Positions 20,801 to 26,918 are shown, counted from the stretch's first letter. The stretch: 64,000 nt of DNA from Nitrosopumilus sp. (GCA_965249555.1 OZ252243.1:1-64000), one strand, 5' to 3'. Notes: generated by a model not told the origin, from the letters alone. Translations and numbers: made by a program.

Positions 20801-21164
20801 CGTCAAGTGAGGGTGTGGCAAGTAGAAATAAGTATACGGTGGCAATTACCTCACCATCATATGAGAGGGTGACAATGCCTTCATAATTATAGCCCAATTG
20901 CACTAGAGTAGATGAGCGTGCTCGACGTTCTACCATATTATCTGTAATGCTGACAATTGACTCATTATCACCGTATCCAATCGTAAACTCACCTGATACT
21001 AAAGGCCTAAAGGATACAACTGCTGTGACTCTATCAGGAAGTATGCCAATACCAAAGTCTTCATCTATTGCAGTCTGGCCAGGTGTGTAAGTTTGAGCCT
21101 CTGCACTAGCAAATGTAAGTGATATTGCAAATACTGCAATCAATACGAATAACCATATCTTCAT
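1590..21164 (-). CDS. Giant secreted surface protein 1 (~6,524 aa): ~68 Fn3 domains, Ig-like/DUF5011-like domains and a conserved C-terminal domain
   Basis: Likely start MKIWLFVLIAVFAISLTFASAEA (signal peptide). Repeated Fn3 motif PP.L....T.TSI.ITW..V.GA..Y.L.RD...Y.DT.LTP.TSYTY. Confidence 0.92.
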   Translation of the reverse strand: MKIWLFVLIAVFAISLTFASAEAQTYTPGQTAIDEDFGIGILPDRVTAVVSFRPLVSGEFTIGYGDNESIVSITDNMVERRARSSTLVQLGYNYEGIVTLSYDGEVIATVYLFLLATPSLDVLTATDTTITLWWTAVDNADSYTLTRIVDGDDNVIVATGDILTATDTGLSADTDYKYTITATNTAGTSGSSNEVTARTDAATPPAAPALRSGEITSTSIEIAWDAVTGATGYKLYRGDTLIATTTELSYTDEGLTSASSYTYHATATNSAGTSEDSANRAVTTARAHTLPAPPALRTGEITSTSIVISWDAQPGALLYKLYRDDILIRTLHGLSHTDNDVVPGTSYTYHATSDNRALQTSDNSEDLVAVTTIVPPTLRPGEITPTSIVIEWTASTGATGYELFRDDASLGTVTGTSYSDNIVTPATSYTYHATSTNAAETSVPSEDLVAVTTIAPPTLGAGAITETSIEITWSTVEGATGYELFRDDASLGTVTGTSYSDTTVTPGTSYTYHAVSTNDIPQTSVPSEDLVAATTITPPTLGARAITPALIRITWDIVEGATGYELFRDGISIATTDDTPGSYRHITGTSYTDPRLEHDTEYKYTVIAKNSYVTSAPSAEFAVSTLIAPPALGVRAITPTSIEITWAAVDGITRYELFRDGVSVTTTPELSYIDTGLTPSYVTEHWFFLFLAPKLSYIDTGLTPETIYTYHATSTNDISQTSKPSTNVVATTTSTASPDTQTEIPAIKEGSFDIQIGMPPYDLRLGYLDPVQLHSFGIQIGIPTYAAQVSFSAYKAGDFTIGFGAEQRTVSIANDELGEILYLLPVGHGYNDVITLSYDGEVIASKHVITVPVEPDFQISEITDTTVTFFWVAVENADSYNLYRFVDDGAYEIVATGDILFFTDTGLTSGIQYNYLLTTTNAAGMSNPSAFYLVFTNPAPPELGAGTITPTSIEITWSTVEGATGYELFRDNVSLGPVTELFYTDTTVTPGTSYTYHATSYAYYYYVLGGVVTDSGIPQTSDNSEDLEISTTIAPPELVLGTITETSIEITWSTVNGATGYELFRDNASLGPVTELFYTDTTVTPGTSYTYHAVSTNDIPQTSVPSENLIAATTITPPTLGAGAITPTSIEITWGAVDGANEYKLYRGDTLITTTGNTSYTETGLTPATSYTYHATSTNDIPQTSDNSENLEISTTIAPPTLVAGAITPTSIEITWGTVEGAIVYELFRDDESLGYVIGTSYSDTNVVPGKSYTYHATSTNDISRSSVPSEDLVAVTTITPPVLVAGAITPTSIEITWDIVDGATGYKLYRDDTLITTTGDTSYTDTGLTPATSYTYHATSTNDIPQTSVPSENLIVATIIVPPVLGAGAITPTSIEITWDIVDGATGYELFRDGISIATTGDTSYTETGLTPTTSYTYHATATNSAGTSEDSENLEISTTIAPPTLVAGAITETSIEITWGAVEGAIVYELFRDDESLGYVIGTSYSDTNVVPGKSYTYHATSTNDIPQTSDNLELLILLFDQIDQTSTNDIPQTSDNSADLEISTTIAPPELVLGTITETSIEITWSTVEGATGYELFRDGNSVTTTTTELFYTDTTVTPGTSYTYHAVSTNDIPQTSVSSENLIAATTITPPTLGAGTITPTSIEITWGAVDGATGYELFRDGISIATTSNTSYTDETLTPATSYTYHAVSTNDIPQTSDNSEDLEISTTIAPPELVLGTITETSIEITWSTVNGATGYELFRDGNSVTTTTTELFYTDTTVTPGTSYTYHAVSTNDIPQTSVSSENLIAATTITPPTLGAGAITPTSIEITWGAVDGANEYKLYRGDTLITTTGNTSYTETGLTPATSYTYHATSTNDIPQTSDNSEDLEISTTIAPPELVLGTITPTSIEITWTAVNGATGYELFRDGNSVTTTTTELFYTDTTVTPGTSYTYHAVSTNDIPQTSVSSENLIAATTITPPTLGAGTITPTSIEITWGAVDGANEYKLYRGDTLITTTGNTSYTETGLTPATSYTYHATSTNDIPQTSDNSENLEISTTIAPPTLVVGTITETSIEITWSTVEGATGYVLFRDNVSLVTVTELFYTDTTVTPGKSYTYHAVSTNDIPQTSVSSEDLVAATTITPPTLGAGTITPTSIEITWGAVDGATGYELFRDNVSLGPVTELFYTDTTLTPATSYTYHAVSTNDIPQTSDNSEDLEISTTIAPPELVLGTITPTSIEITWSTVEGATGYELFRDGNSVTTTTTELFYTDTTVTPGKSYTYHAVSTNDIPQTSVSSENLIAATTITPPTLGAGAITPTSIEITWGAVDGATGYELFRDNVSLGPVTELFYTDTTLTPATSYTYHAVSTNDIPQTSDNSEDLEISTTIAPPELVLGTITPTSIEITWSTVEGATGYELFRDGNSVTTTTTELFYTDTTVTPGKSYTYHAVSTNDIPQTSVSSEDLVAATTITPPTLGAGAITPTSIEITWGAVDGATGYELFRDNVSLGPVTELFYTDTTLTPATSYTYHAVSTNDIPQTSDNSEDLEISTTIAPPELVLGAITPTSIEITWTAVDGATGYELFRDGNSVTTTTTELFYTDTTVTPGKFYTYHAVSTNAAGTSVSSENLIAATTITPPTLGAGAITPTSIEITWGAVDGANEYKLYRGDTLITTTGNTSYTETGLTPATSYTYHATSTNDIPQTSDNSEDLEISTTIAPPELVLGTITPTSIEITWTAVDGATGYELFRDDVSLGPVTELFYTDTTVTPGTSYTYHAVSTNDIPQTSVSSENLIAATTITPPTLGAGAITPTSIEITWGAVDGANEYKLYRGDTLITTTGNTSYTETGLTPATSYTYHATSTNDIPQTSDNSEDLEISTTIAPPELVLGTITPTSIEITWTAVDGATGYELFRDGNSVTTTTTELFYTDTTVTPGKSYTYHAVSTNAAGTSVSSENLIAATTITPPTLGAGAITPTSIEITWGAVDGANEYKLYRGDTLITTTGNTSYTETGLTPATSYTYHATSTNDIPQTSDNSEDLEISTTIAPPELVLGTITPTSIEITWTAVDGATGYELFRDDVSLGPVTELFYTDTTVTPGTSYTYHAVSTNDIPQTSVSSENLIAATTITPPTLGAGAITPTSIEITWGAVDGANEYKLYRGDTLITTTGNTSYTETGLTPATSYTYHATSTNDIPQTSDNSEDLEISTTIAPPELVLGTITPTSIEITWGAVDGATGYELFRDGNSVTTTTTELFYTDTTVTPGTSYTYHAVSTNDISQTSVSSEDLVAATTITPPTLGAGAITPTSIEITWGAVDGATGYELFRDNVSLGPVTELFYTDTTLTPATSYTYHAVSTNDIPQTSDNSEDLEISTTIAPPELVLGAITPTSIEITWTAVDGATGYELFRDGNSVTTTTTELFYTDTTVTPGTSYTYHAVSTNAAGTSVSSENLIAATTITPPTLGAGAITPTSIEITWGAVDGANEYKLYRGDTLITTTGNTSYTETGLTPATSYTYHATSTNDIPQTSDNSEDLEISTTIAPPELVLGTITPTSIEITWTAVDGATGYELFRDDVSLGPVTELFYTDTTVTPGTSYTYHAVSTNDIPQTSVSSENLIAATTITPPTLGAGAITPTSIEITWGAVDGANEYKLYRGDTLITTTGNTSYTETGLTPATSYTYHATSTNDIPQTSDNSEDLEISTTIAPPELVLGTITPTSIEITWTAVDGATGYELFRDGNSVTTTTTELFYTDTTVTPGKSYTYHAVSTNAAGTSVSSENLIAATTITPPTLGAGAITPTSIEITWGAVDGANEYKLYRGDTLITTTGNTSYTETGLTPATSYTYHATSTNDIPQTSDNSEDLEISTTIAPPELVLGTITPTSIEITWTAVDGATGYELFRDGNSVTTTTTELFYTDTTVTPGTSYTYHAVSTNDISQTSVSSENLIAATTITPPTLGAGAITPTSIEITWGAVDGANEYKLYRGDTLITTTGNTSYTETGLTPATSYTYHATSTNDIPQTSDNSEDLEISTTIAPPELVLGTITPTSIEITWTAVDGATGYELFRDGNSVTTTTTELFYTDTTVTPGKSYTYHAVSTNAAGTSVSSENLIAATTITPPTLGAGAITPTSIEITWGAVDGANEYKLYRGDTLITTTGNTSYTETGLTPATSYTYHATSTNDIPQTSDNSEDLEISTTIAPPELVLGTITPTSIEITWTAVNGATGYELFRDGNSVTTTTTELFYTDTTVTPGTSYTYHAVSTNDIPQTSVSSENLIAATTITPPTLGAGAITPTSIEITWGAVDGANEYKLYRGDTLITTTGNTSYTETGLTPATSYTYHATSTNDIPQTSDNSEDLEISTTIAPPELVLGTITPTSIEITWGAVDGATGYELFRDDVSLGPVTELFYTDTTVTPGTSYTYHAVSTNAAGTSVSSENLIAATTITPPTLGAGAITPTSIEITWGAVDGANEYKLYRGDTLITTTGNTSYTETGLTPATSYTYHATSTNDIPQTSDNSEDLEISTTIAPPELVLGTITPTSIEITWTAVDGATGYELFRDGNSVTTTTTELFYTDTTVTPGTSYTYHAVSTNDISQTSVSSENLIAATTITPPTLGAGAITPTSIEITWGAVDGANEYKLYRGDTLITTTGNTSYTETGLTPATSYTYHATSTNDIPQTSDNSEDLEISTTIAPPELVLGTITPTSIEITWTAVDGATGYELFRDGNSVTTTTTELFYTDTTVTPGTSYTYHAVSTNDIPQTSVSSEDLVAATTITPPTLGAGAITPTSIEITWGAVDGATGYELFRDNVSLGPVTELFYTDTTLTPATSYTYHAVSTNDIPQTSDNSEDLEISTTIAPPELVLGAITPTSIEITWTAVDGATGYELFRDGNSVTTTTTELFYTDTTVTPGTSYTYHAVSTNAAGTSVSSENLIAATTITPPTLGAGAITPTSIEITWGAVDGANEYKLYRGDTLITTTGNTSYTETGLTPATSYTYHATSTNDIPQTSDNSEDLEISTTIAPPELVLGTITPTSIEITWTAVDGATGYELFRDDVSLGPVTELFYTDTTVTPGTSYTYHAVSTNDIPQTSVSSENLIAATTITPPTLGAGAITPTSIEITWGAVDGANEYKLYRGDTLITTTGNTSYTETGLTPATSYTYHATSTNDIPQTSDNSEDLEISTTIAPPELVLGTITPTSIEITWTAVDGATGYELFRDGNSVTTTTTELFYTDTTVTPGKSYTYHAVSTNAAGTSVSSENLIAATTITPPTLGAGAITPTSIEITWGAVDGANEYKLYRGDTLITTTGNTSYTETGLTPATSYTYHATSTNDIPQTSDNSEDLEISTTIAPPELVLGTITPTSIEITWTAVDGATGYELFRDGNSVTTTTTELFYTDTTVTPGTSYTYHAVSTNDISQTSVSSENLIAATTITPPTLGAGAITPTSIEITWGAVDGANEYKLYRGDTLITTTGNTSYTETGLTPATSYTYHATSTNDIPQTSDNSEDLEISTTIAPPELVLGTITPTSIEITWTAVDGATGYELFRDGNSVTTTTTELFYTDTTVTPGKSYTYHAVSTNAAGTSVSSENLIAATTITPPTLGAGAITPTSIEITWGAVDGANEYKLYRGDTLITTTGNTSYTETGLTPATSYTYHATSTNDIPQTSDNSEDLEISTTIAPPELVLGTITPTSIEITWTAVDGATGYELFRDGNSVTTTTTELFYTDTTVTPGTSYTYHAVSTNDIPQTSVSSENLIAATTITPPTLGAGTITPTSIEITWGAVDGANEYKLYRGDTLITTTGNTSYTETGLTPATSYTYHATSTNDIPQTSDNSEDLEISTTIAPPELVLGTITPTSIEITWTAVDGATGYELFRDGNSVTTTTTELFYTDTTVTPGTSYTYHAVSTNAAGTSVSSENLIAATPAAPTKNSPLDDTEKPVITPAGSNTTIELTETNTYNELGGDVTDNDPNYSETVTVSGDTPDTSSIGEYTVLYDAPDDAANNTPEQKSITITVVDTTSPTFDVNGNTVDYSTAVPFDGTYTPGVIANAFDISGIASSLVGGETVNLDTSGEYVVTYTVTDNNGLSTIITETVTVGPDVTAPPVPIITTPPATVDTPSITIEGTAEAGATIELFNGATSVDTTTVDGSGNFSFTAELTEGANSFTVTASDGPNTSAASPAIVITLDTTAVGGIAGVTPGTETPKKKGGDSNEWKTKPTFGKHWNNQAVQLVDDGFVFNGMPLTITNNWHTDFNMTSSIIGEDNTVHIKGYATNGLKSVSLSLGVPEVGLKTNAESHIIVNVNSNYTSPAGYDIADIVHEQKEGLVNQNMTGATISKVKCTSSDTAERCFDVTISFVIMAPLSHEVLAINAVDKQRYSTTTYINEGVEFTGEALLAAATHELKQKHGNQNPFETISLTQQDRRYQVWEDQYGYIWSQNDYGTWLQITRPDMQQRDDSPTSVMTRIHSNFANLVIDEQNRATLIFDSKAIQGILDESFSYDMPLRLDRVSDLTLLEPLSIQEMLALEMLCGCMIYDDSDFSWND
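3455..18350 (-). repeat. Intragenic tandem array of ~60 Fn3 units (~246 bp each; alternating A/B pairs ~492-495 bp) with a 4437-bp higher-order repeat
   Basis: Units are near-identical. Variant patterns recur at +4437 (4555/8992, 5050/9487, 6037/10474, 6526/10963, 6775/11212). Confidence 0.93.
16547..16658. repeat. 37-bp exact duplication flanking a unique 38-bp insert (in frame; adds LELLILLFDQIDQ)
   Basis: AGTTGTCACTTGTCTGGGGAATGTCGTTAGTTGATGT at 16547 and 16622; insert 16584-16621. Confidence 0.9.
18809..18915. repeat. 35-bp duplication (3 mismatches) flanking a unique 37-bp insert (in frame; adds DLRLGYLDPVQLH)
   Basis: CATAAG(T/G)GGG(T/C)ATTCCAATTTGAATG(C/T)CAAAAGAG at 18809 and 18881; insert 18844-18880. 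Confidence 0.88.
19053..19163. repeat. 36-bp duplication (1 mismatch) flanking a unique 39-bp insert (in frame; adds SYVTEHWFFLFLA)
   Basis: AGGAGTCAAGCCAGTGTCAATGTAGGATAATT(T/C)AGG at 19053 and 19128; insert 19089-19127. Confidence 0.9.
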
Positions 21165-21445
21165 ACTATGGTGAAAATAATTTGTGGTTATAATAAATTT
21201 ACAGGTTGATTTTTTAAGCTTGTAATTTGGCAATCGTGAGTAATTTGGGCATATCTCAGATAGGGAGATGTGTAAAGTTTTGTAAAATGAGATTCAGGGG
21301 ATCTCATAATTTTGATCGTATTTTTTACAGTGGAATGCCAATGCCTAAAAATGGTGATTGGGCACCATACCCCCATACACCTGTTCTTGTCATCTGCTTT
21401 AATCAAATCTTGTTCTGCGGGTGCTTTGCCAAAGTCTCGTGTTTC

Positions 21446-21492
21446 TTGGTGAAATTGGTGAAATTGGTGAAATTGGTGAAATTGGTGAAATT
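21446..21492. repeat. 9-bp tandem repeat (TTGGTGAAA)x5
   Basis: Read directly; lies upstream of giant gene 1 and just past the stop of the ATPase pseudogene. Confidence 0.9.
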
Positions 21493-22795
21493 TATGAATC
21501 TGGAGGGTTTCTCGTAAAGCCTAATGGTATTTTTAATCCCTCTAAAAATCCATCATGTTCATAATGTTCAGCAAAAAAGAAGAAATCGGGATCAACTATA
21601 CTTGGCTGTAGTGAATTAGCATCCCAGTCAAAAATTGATGGGGTAATACCGTGATTTTTTTGATATGTGCTTATTCTATTCAGGAAAATAGTTAATGCCC
21701 TATCAAATTGTTGATTATCCTGATTTGGGTGGATTTTTTTTATTGCGGTTCTTAAATCGTATATGGACAGTCCATTCTTAATTTGTTGTACATCAAAATC
21801 TTTGAGAATAACATACACAAAAAAATATGGCATTCCTAACCCTTGACTGCCATCTTGAGATTGTCTTGGTTTAGCATCTGCAAATGTTTCAAGTGCTCTG
21901 TGGAATCTACTGGCATATGAATGAGTGATTTTAGTAATAGCATTTTGTAAATTATCATTTGTCAAGTTTCTTAGATCCCCTGCTTCGGTTACATGTGCAT
22001 CATAACAACATTCCTTACATAATTCTTGCAACATTCCAACATTGCCAGATGATTCTTTAATCAGAGCATCTCTAATGTCTGCCATATCCATATTGAGAGA
22101 TCCCTCACCTAACCTAATTAATTCTTGCAAATGTTCTTCTGTCCAAGGTTCTACAGGTAATTCAATTATCCTGTCTTGCAAATTACCATTATACTGGGTC
22201 AGTCTATTTCTCTCTCTCCAAATTCCCAATATTATAACTCTGACATCAATATCTTGAAATGTCCTTAAATCAAAAGCAAATGATTTTTGTTCTTGTTCTT
22301 CCAAATAGTGAAAATTTTCAAGGACAATGATCTTGTCGGGGAAATATTTTTTCATTATTTCTGCTACATCCTGTGCACTGCTCACATCCATTTGTGATTC
22401 AGAGGCTCTCTCGTTCGCCTGTTGATTTTTCGACTTCCATTCATGCTTCAGCTAACATTGGAATTTTTATTTTAAAATTAAATTTGGTTTTGGTATTATC
22501 TTCACTTTCATTTGAACTACTAGACTGAATCGTAATCTCTAATTTTTTAAGAATGGTTTTGTAAATATCATGTAAATTTATTGTTGGAGAACATTGGACA
22601 ATAATTTTATTTTCCTGTTTTATGTGCGCATTTAGAAGTGTGGTTTTTCCCTGTTTAGATGAGCCATAAACTACAAGTTGCCTTTTTTGTTCAAATGCTT
22701 TATTAAAACAATCATCTATTTCCTGCCTTGACACATATGTTGACAGATCAATCATTAATTACTCCAAAAACTTTTTCTAATCTCACATCTGCCAT
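21492..22795 (-). pseudogene. P-loop ATPase, frameshifted twice
   Basis: Walker A GSSKQGKTT in ORF 22441..22755 and Walker B-like IIVLENFH in ORF 21492..22391. An upstream start MADVRLEKVFGV at 22795 is in another frame. Confidence 0.75.
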
Positions 22796-23199
22796 TCATA
22801 AAAATTATATTTAAATTAATCATTACTAATATTCACAGCTTTGAAGAATTCAATCTAATTTTCAGGTCCTCGATAACCCGACAGAACTCGGGCATAAGAA
22901 AAATTCCATCTAAAATTCGGAGAAAACTCACATTCCTAGCTGATGATAACCTCATACTGATATTTTAAACTAGATGCAGACTGGAGATATAGAAATCCAA
23001 AGGCGATTCCTGAGCTCTCTTGCGAGTCTCCTAGCCAGCATTACACCGACGGAACCGTACAATTATTACTGATTCCTATTTTTTAAAGGTTGGGTATTCT
23101 AGGGATTGGTAACTTAACGGGAGCTGTTTTCTCGTGAAAAGTGTCGGGAGCTGACGTTTTGTATATCTTTAACATTATCTAGAGATAATATGGATCTTC

Positions 23200-23366
23200 T
23201 CTCCCATACGAAATCATCTCCAATTACTGAGGACACCAAGTGTGCTTTGTACAATCAGGACATCTTTGATCTGCTTCTTTTACTTGTGTCAGTTCATGAT
23301 TTTGTGTATAATACACTTTCAGAGTTAGCATGTGCCCGGATTGTTGCAAGCATCCAGTCTTGCAGC
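23200..23366 (-). mobile_element. 3' end fragment of a second IS110-family element (B), replacing the IS5 C-terminus
   Basis: Homologous to 57113..57295 (TCTCCCATACGAAATC...GATTGTTGCAAGCATCC..TCTTGCAGC). Confidence 0.7.
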
Positions 23367-23777
23367 AAGTCCAAGATAGTTCTCGCAGTTCTTTTCGTAT
23401 CTGATTGCAGTTCTTCTAAACCCGCATTTGAGCCATGCAAAGAATCTCTCTACAACAAATCTTGTCTTATTGTAATTGTCTTGAAGATTCTTCGAGATGA
23501 TGAATTTGGAATTATTCCTGTAGGGAATGCAGCAGCCAATTCCATGACGTCTGAGATAATTTCTGATGTATGCAGCATCATAACCCTTGTCTGCATGCGC
23601 TGATACAGTTTCTTTTATGAAACCATCATCAAGAAAATCTGAAATGTTTTCTAGCACATCAATGAATCTGATACTATCATGGACATTTGCAGGACTGCAC
23701 ACAATTGAAATTGGCAATCCTGTTTTATCCACTGCAACATGTACTTTTGTGCCTAAAATCTTTTGCAGATCAATCCT

Positions 23778-23883
23778 TCCTTGTCTGTGTGCAGATTTGA
23801 TTAGTTGGGATAGATCCAATTGTTGTAATTATTACTGATGATAAAATCCTTGTCTGTGTGCAGATTTGATTAGTTGGGATAGA
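23778..23883. repeat. 37-bp exact duplication flanking a unique 32-bp insert inside the IS5 transposase
   Basis: TCCTTGTCTGTGTGCAGATTTGATTAGTTGGGATAGA at 23778 and 23847; the insert at 23815-23846 introduces stop codons. Confidence 0.92.
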
Positions 23884-24332
23884 GTCTCTTTCCAAATGCC
23901 TCTCTGTTGCAATTCCTGGAATCGCAGATGTGCAGTAGATTTTGAGCCGTATTTCTCTGGCATGTCTGCCCACCTGCAACCCGTAGTTAATACAAGCAAT
24001 ATTCCGTTGATTATTGTTCTGTCACTATTCCTTGGTCTTCCAGTTCTGGCAGATGTGATGCAATTGTGCTCCATTGAGCATCTGACATTTCTTTATGAAT
24101 CATGAAAACATGTCTGTGTTGTTAGATCCATATTATCATCAAATATTTACAAAATGATCAGTTTTAGGATGAGTTGAATAATTTATTTGCTTTAACTATG
24201 ATCATTATAACGATGATCGCTAATCTCCCAACCGAGTCTGTATGATCCCAAATGGCTTTAGTCTGGAATAGTACCAACAATAATTAGTTAAATATTATAT
24301 CTAGTGGGTTTGTTCGTTTATTAAATATAATT

Positions 24333-24809
24333 TCAATTAAAAACTTCTAAAAATCGTTTGAAACTAGGACATTCTTGTAATTTACTACAATCTAATTGTT
24401 TAGCATATATATACAATTTATTTTTTTGATAATTGGTTTTATTTTTTAAAATTATAGATGGTTTTTGATTATTATATTTAATATTCAATGCATAACAAAT
24501 CCATTCTTCTATTTCATAATCAAAAAAACAGAACCTAACTCTATCAAGATATTCATTATCAATAAATTTTTTTATATTTTTATGAGCTTGTTCTAATTCT
24601 TTACAATCAGCATCAAATATTAACAAAACAAATTCATCTTTACTAATTAAAAAATTACGGATTAATCTGTTAAGTTTTAAACCTTTAGGTACCGTTCTAA
24701 TTTTACGAGGCATTGATATATTAATATTATTTTCATGGATTTTTTTCTTAAAGAACTCATTCCAAAATTGTTCGCCATATGTATCCTCAACAAGACAAGA
24801 AAAAGTCAT
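24333..24809 (-). CDS. Small TOPRIM-like protein (DUF4276/RloB-like), partner of the adjacent ATPase
   Basis: LVED, IFDAD, EIEEW and C-terminal PSF..F motifs; 4-bp overlap with the ATPase gene. Confidence 0.65.
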   Translation of the reverse strand: MTFSCLVEDTYGEQFWNEFFKKKIHENNINISMPRKIRTVPKGLKLNRLIRNFLISKDEFVLLIFDADCKELEQAHKNIKKFIDNEYLDRVRFCFFDYEIEEWICYALNIKYNNQKPSIILKNKTNYQKNKLYIYAKQLDCSKLQECPSFKRFLEVFN

Positions 24810-26077
24810 AAATCACCATCTAAAATTTTATCGCTAAGAACCATATTATTTTTTAATAATTCATTGTGTAATTCTTCAATATTTTCTAAATATGAAAAAT
24901 TAGTTTGATCAAAAATATACTTTGTTAAAATAATGTTATTGATGTCAACCATATCAATAACCATTGGTGAATGTGTGGTGAGGATAGTAATAGTATCTTG
25001 GTTATTTTTACATTCAGTTAATATATATCTAATTAAATCATAATGAAGTGAATTTTCAATTTCATCAATGAGAAGAATTTTAGGTTTTAGTTCCATTGCA
25101 GATAAAATAAATAATAATTTATAAAATCCTTCAGGGATGGATGGAGGTAAAAATATTATATTATTTTTTTTAACAACTAAAGTTATTGTACCTTCATTAT
25201 TTATGTTGAACTCTAATTGCCAATCTGGAAAAAATTCCCTCATGGCATTTTCTATTCTAGGCGGAAGAGAACCACGTTGTTTATACCATGTATGTAAAAG
25301 ATTCGTTAAGTTTCTACCATCACTAGTTAAATGTGTTCCGTCATAATAACGACTAGAATTTTTTATTCCACACGTATTCTTAATTAATATAGTAAAAAAT
25401 TGCATTTGTTCTAGACAGTGAGATAATAGTGGGACATTACGATGTTTATTTATTTCAAGTGTTGGTGAAATAAGTACAAAATCATTATTCATAAAACCAT
25501 AAAATATATTGTTTATCATGGAATAATGACCATTATGAAGGAAATTTAACACAGATTTCACATTATCAATTTTAATAAGTTGTTTGAAATTATTTTCAAT
25601 TAAAGTATCAACAAATGTATGTTCATTTGTAGATGTAAAATATTTCTTTAAAGACATATTGTTGATTTTGTTAACTAATGCCTTAGGATATTCTATAGTC
25701 ACACTAGAATTAACTCGCACCATATTACAAATATCATCTATAACAAGTGATTCATATATAAAATGTTGAATGCCGTCATTACCAGTAGATTTACAAATAT
25801 AAACATAATTTTTATTTTCGACTATTCCTTTAATTTTAAATTCAATTATTTGATCTTGATTACGATTATATGCAATATTATTAAATCCACCCCAATCACT
25901 AAAAGGATAATTAGGTAATTGTGGTTGAATAATTTTTTGCATATAAATAAAAAATTCTAAAAAATTGGTTTTACCAGAGCCATTAGGACCAATTAAAACA
26001 TTAAGATTTTTAAGTGGGATATTAGACTCAAGAATACTTTTAAACCCATTTATAGATATAGAGTCAATTGTAATCAT
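24806..26077 (-). CDS. ABC-type ATPase (AAA_21/AAA_15 family)
   Basis: SINGFKS, Walker A GPNGSGKTN, Walker B LLIDEIENSLH and the TTHSP motif; strongly AT-rich. Confidence 0.9.
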   Translation of the reverse strand: MITIDSISINGFKSILESNIPLKNLNVLIGPNGSGKTNFLEFFIYMQKIIQPQLPNYPFSDWGGFNNIAYNRNQDQIIEFKIKGIVENKNYVYICKSTGNDGIQHFIYESLVIDDICNMVRVNSSVTIEYPKALVNKINNMSLKKYFTSTNEHTFVDTLIENNFKQLIKIDNVKSVLNFLHNGHYSMINNIFYGFMNNDFVLISPTLEINKHRNVPLLSHCLEQMQFFTILIKNTCGIKNSSRYYDGTHLTSDGRNLTNLLHTWYKQRGSLPPRIENAMREFFPDWQLEFNINNEGTITLVVKKNNIIFLPPSIPEGFYKLLFILSAMELKPKILLIDEIENSLHYDLIRYILTECKNNQDTITILTTHSPMVIDMVDINNIILTKYIFDQTNFSYLENIEELHNELLKNNMVLSDKILDGDL

Positions 26078-26127
26078 AATGATTATTTTAAAAAATATTT
26101 AATCATGTATATGTGTATTTTTTTTGA

Positions 26128-26298
26128 CAATATATTAAAAAAGTAACTATCATTAATGAAGGTGATTCAATCAAAGTTACTCCTACAGGATGGATTGATA
26201 AACACATCTGGAGAGAGATAAATAATATTCTAAGGTTACATGAGTTTAGCTGGCTGTCTAATGGGAAGGATAGTTGTTGGCTTAAGATGATCGCTTGA
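26128..26298 (+). pseudogene. Possible 5'-truncated small gene (KKVTIINEGDSIKVTPTGWIDKHIWREIN...)
   Basis: Protein-like open frame without a start codon, abutting the AT-rich cassette. Confidence 0.3.
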
Positions 26299-26306
26299 TT
26301 TTTTAA

Positions 26307-26498
26307 TTGGTTGAATTAATCATCATGGTTCTGCCTTTCATATTTGCAGCTATAGGAATTGCAGGTGGCGTATATGGTCTTTATCAGTATGTTAAAAGAC
26401 CAAGATGTCCTAAATGTAAAGCCACTTTGATAATAATAAAAAATGTATGCAAATGTAAAAAATGTAAATTTGAAACTAGATTAGATCAAGGAATTTAA
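26307..26498 (+). CDS. Small membrane protein with a zinc ribbon
   Basis: N-terminal hydrophobic helix followed by CPKC...CKKC. Confidence 0.55.
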   Translation: MVELIIMVLPFIFAAIGIAGGVYGLYQYVKRPRCPKCKATLIIIKNVCKCKKCKFETRLDQGI

Positions 26499-26699
26499 AC
26501 AATCGAATTTAACAGCAAAACAACCTAACTTAACACCAAGTTGAAAATTATGAAAACAACCTAAGTTTTAACAGTGTACAAAATACCAATTATGTTAAAA
26601 ATTTTGTTTGGTGGCTAATGTTTTAGTTGGCACCCTGGTAAAGTTGCCCTAGGGGGAGTCTGTGGTTGTTTTGAATGTCAGTTGATAAAAATAAAAGAG

Positions 26700-26918
26700 T
26701 TATTCTTTTTTGAATCCTTCTTTGTGTAGCCAGTAATATGCTACCTTGTCAGCAGGAATCCAAATTTTTTCTGTTCCTGCATCTACAATTATCTCTTTTG
26801 TAGAGTCATCAAAGGTGACATTGTGTTTATGGAGTTCGATTTTATCACCATTATCCAAACGGATCATTAATTCACCGTTTTTTTCAACACTGGATTTTAT
26901 AGAATCATAGTTTGCCAT
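26700..26918 (-). CDS. Small hypothetical protein (72 aa)
   Basis: Clean ATG ORF with globular composition and an upstream AT box. Confidence 0.75.
   Translation of the reverse strand: MANYDSIKSSVEKNGELMIRLDNGDKIELHKHNVTFDDSTKEIIVDAGTEKIWIPADKVAYYWLHKEGFKKE

Larger units (their letters stand above)
23184..24137 (-). mobile_element. IS5-family element remnant (transposase disrupted)
   Basis: 14-bp inverted repeats GATAATATGGATCT (23184) / AGATCCATATTATC (24124). Motifs TGRPR..TTGCRWADMP..YG, TKVHVAVD..GLP, ADKGYD and RFVVERFFAWLK. There is an internal deletion and a stop-containing insert. Confidence 0.88.

Noticed and set aside
21165-21233. N-terminal extension of giant ORF 1
   Set aside because: The signal peptide begins at ATG 21164, and the extension covers the AT-rich promoter region.
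23061-23073. 13-bp match (AATTATTACTGAT) to the insert at 23815-23846
   Set aside because: Short and AT-rich, so it cannot be distinguished from chance.
23118-23153. CGGGAGCTG direct repeat and nearby hairpins
   Set aside because: Only two short copies; no supportable function.
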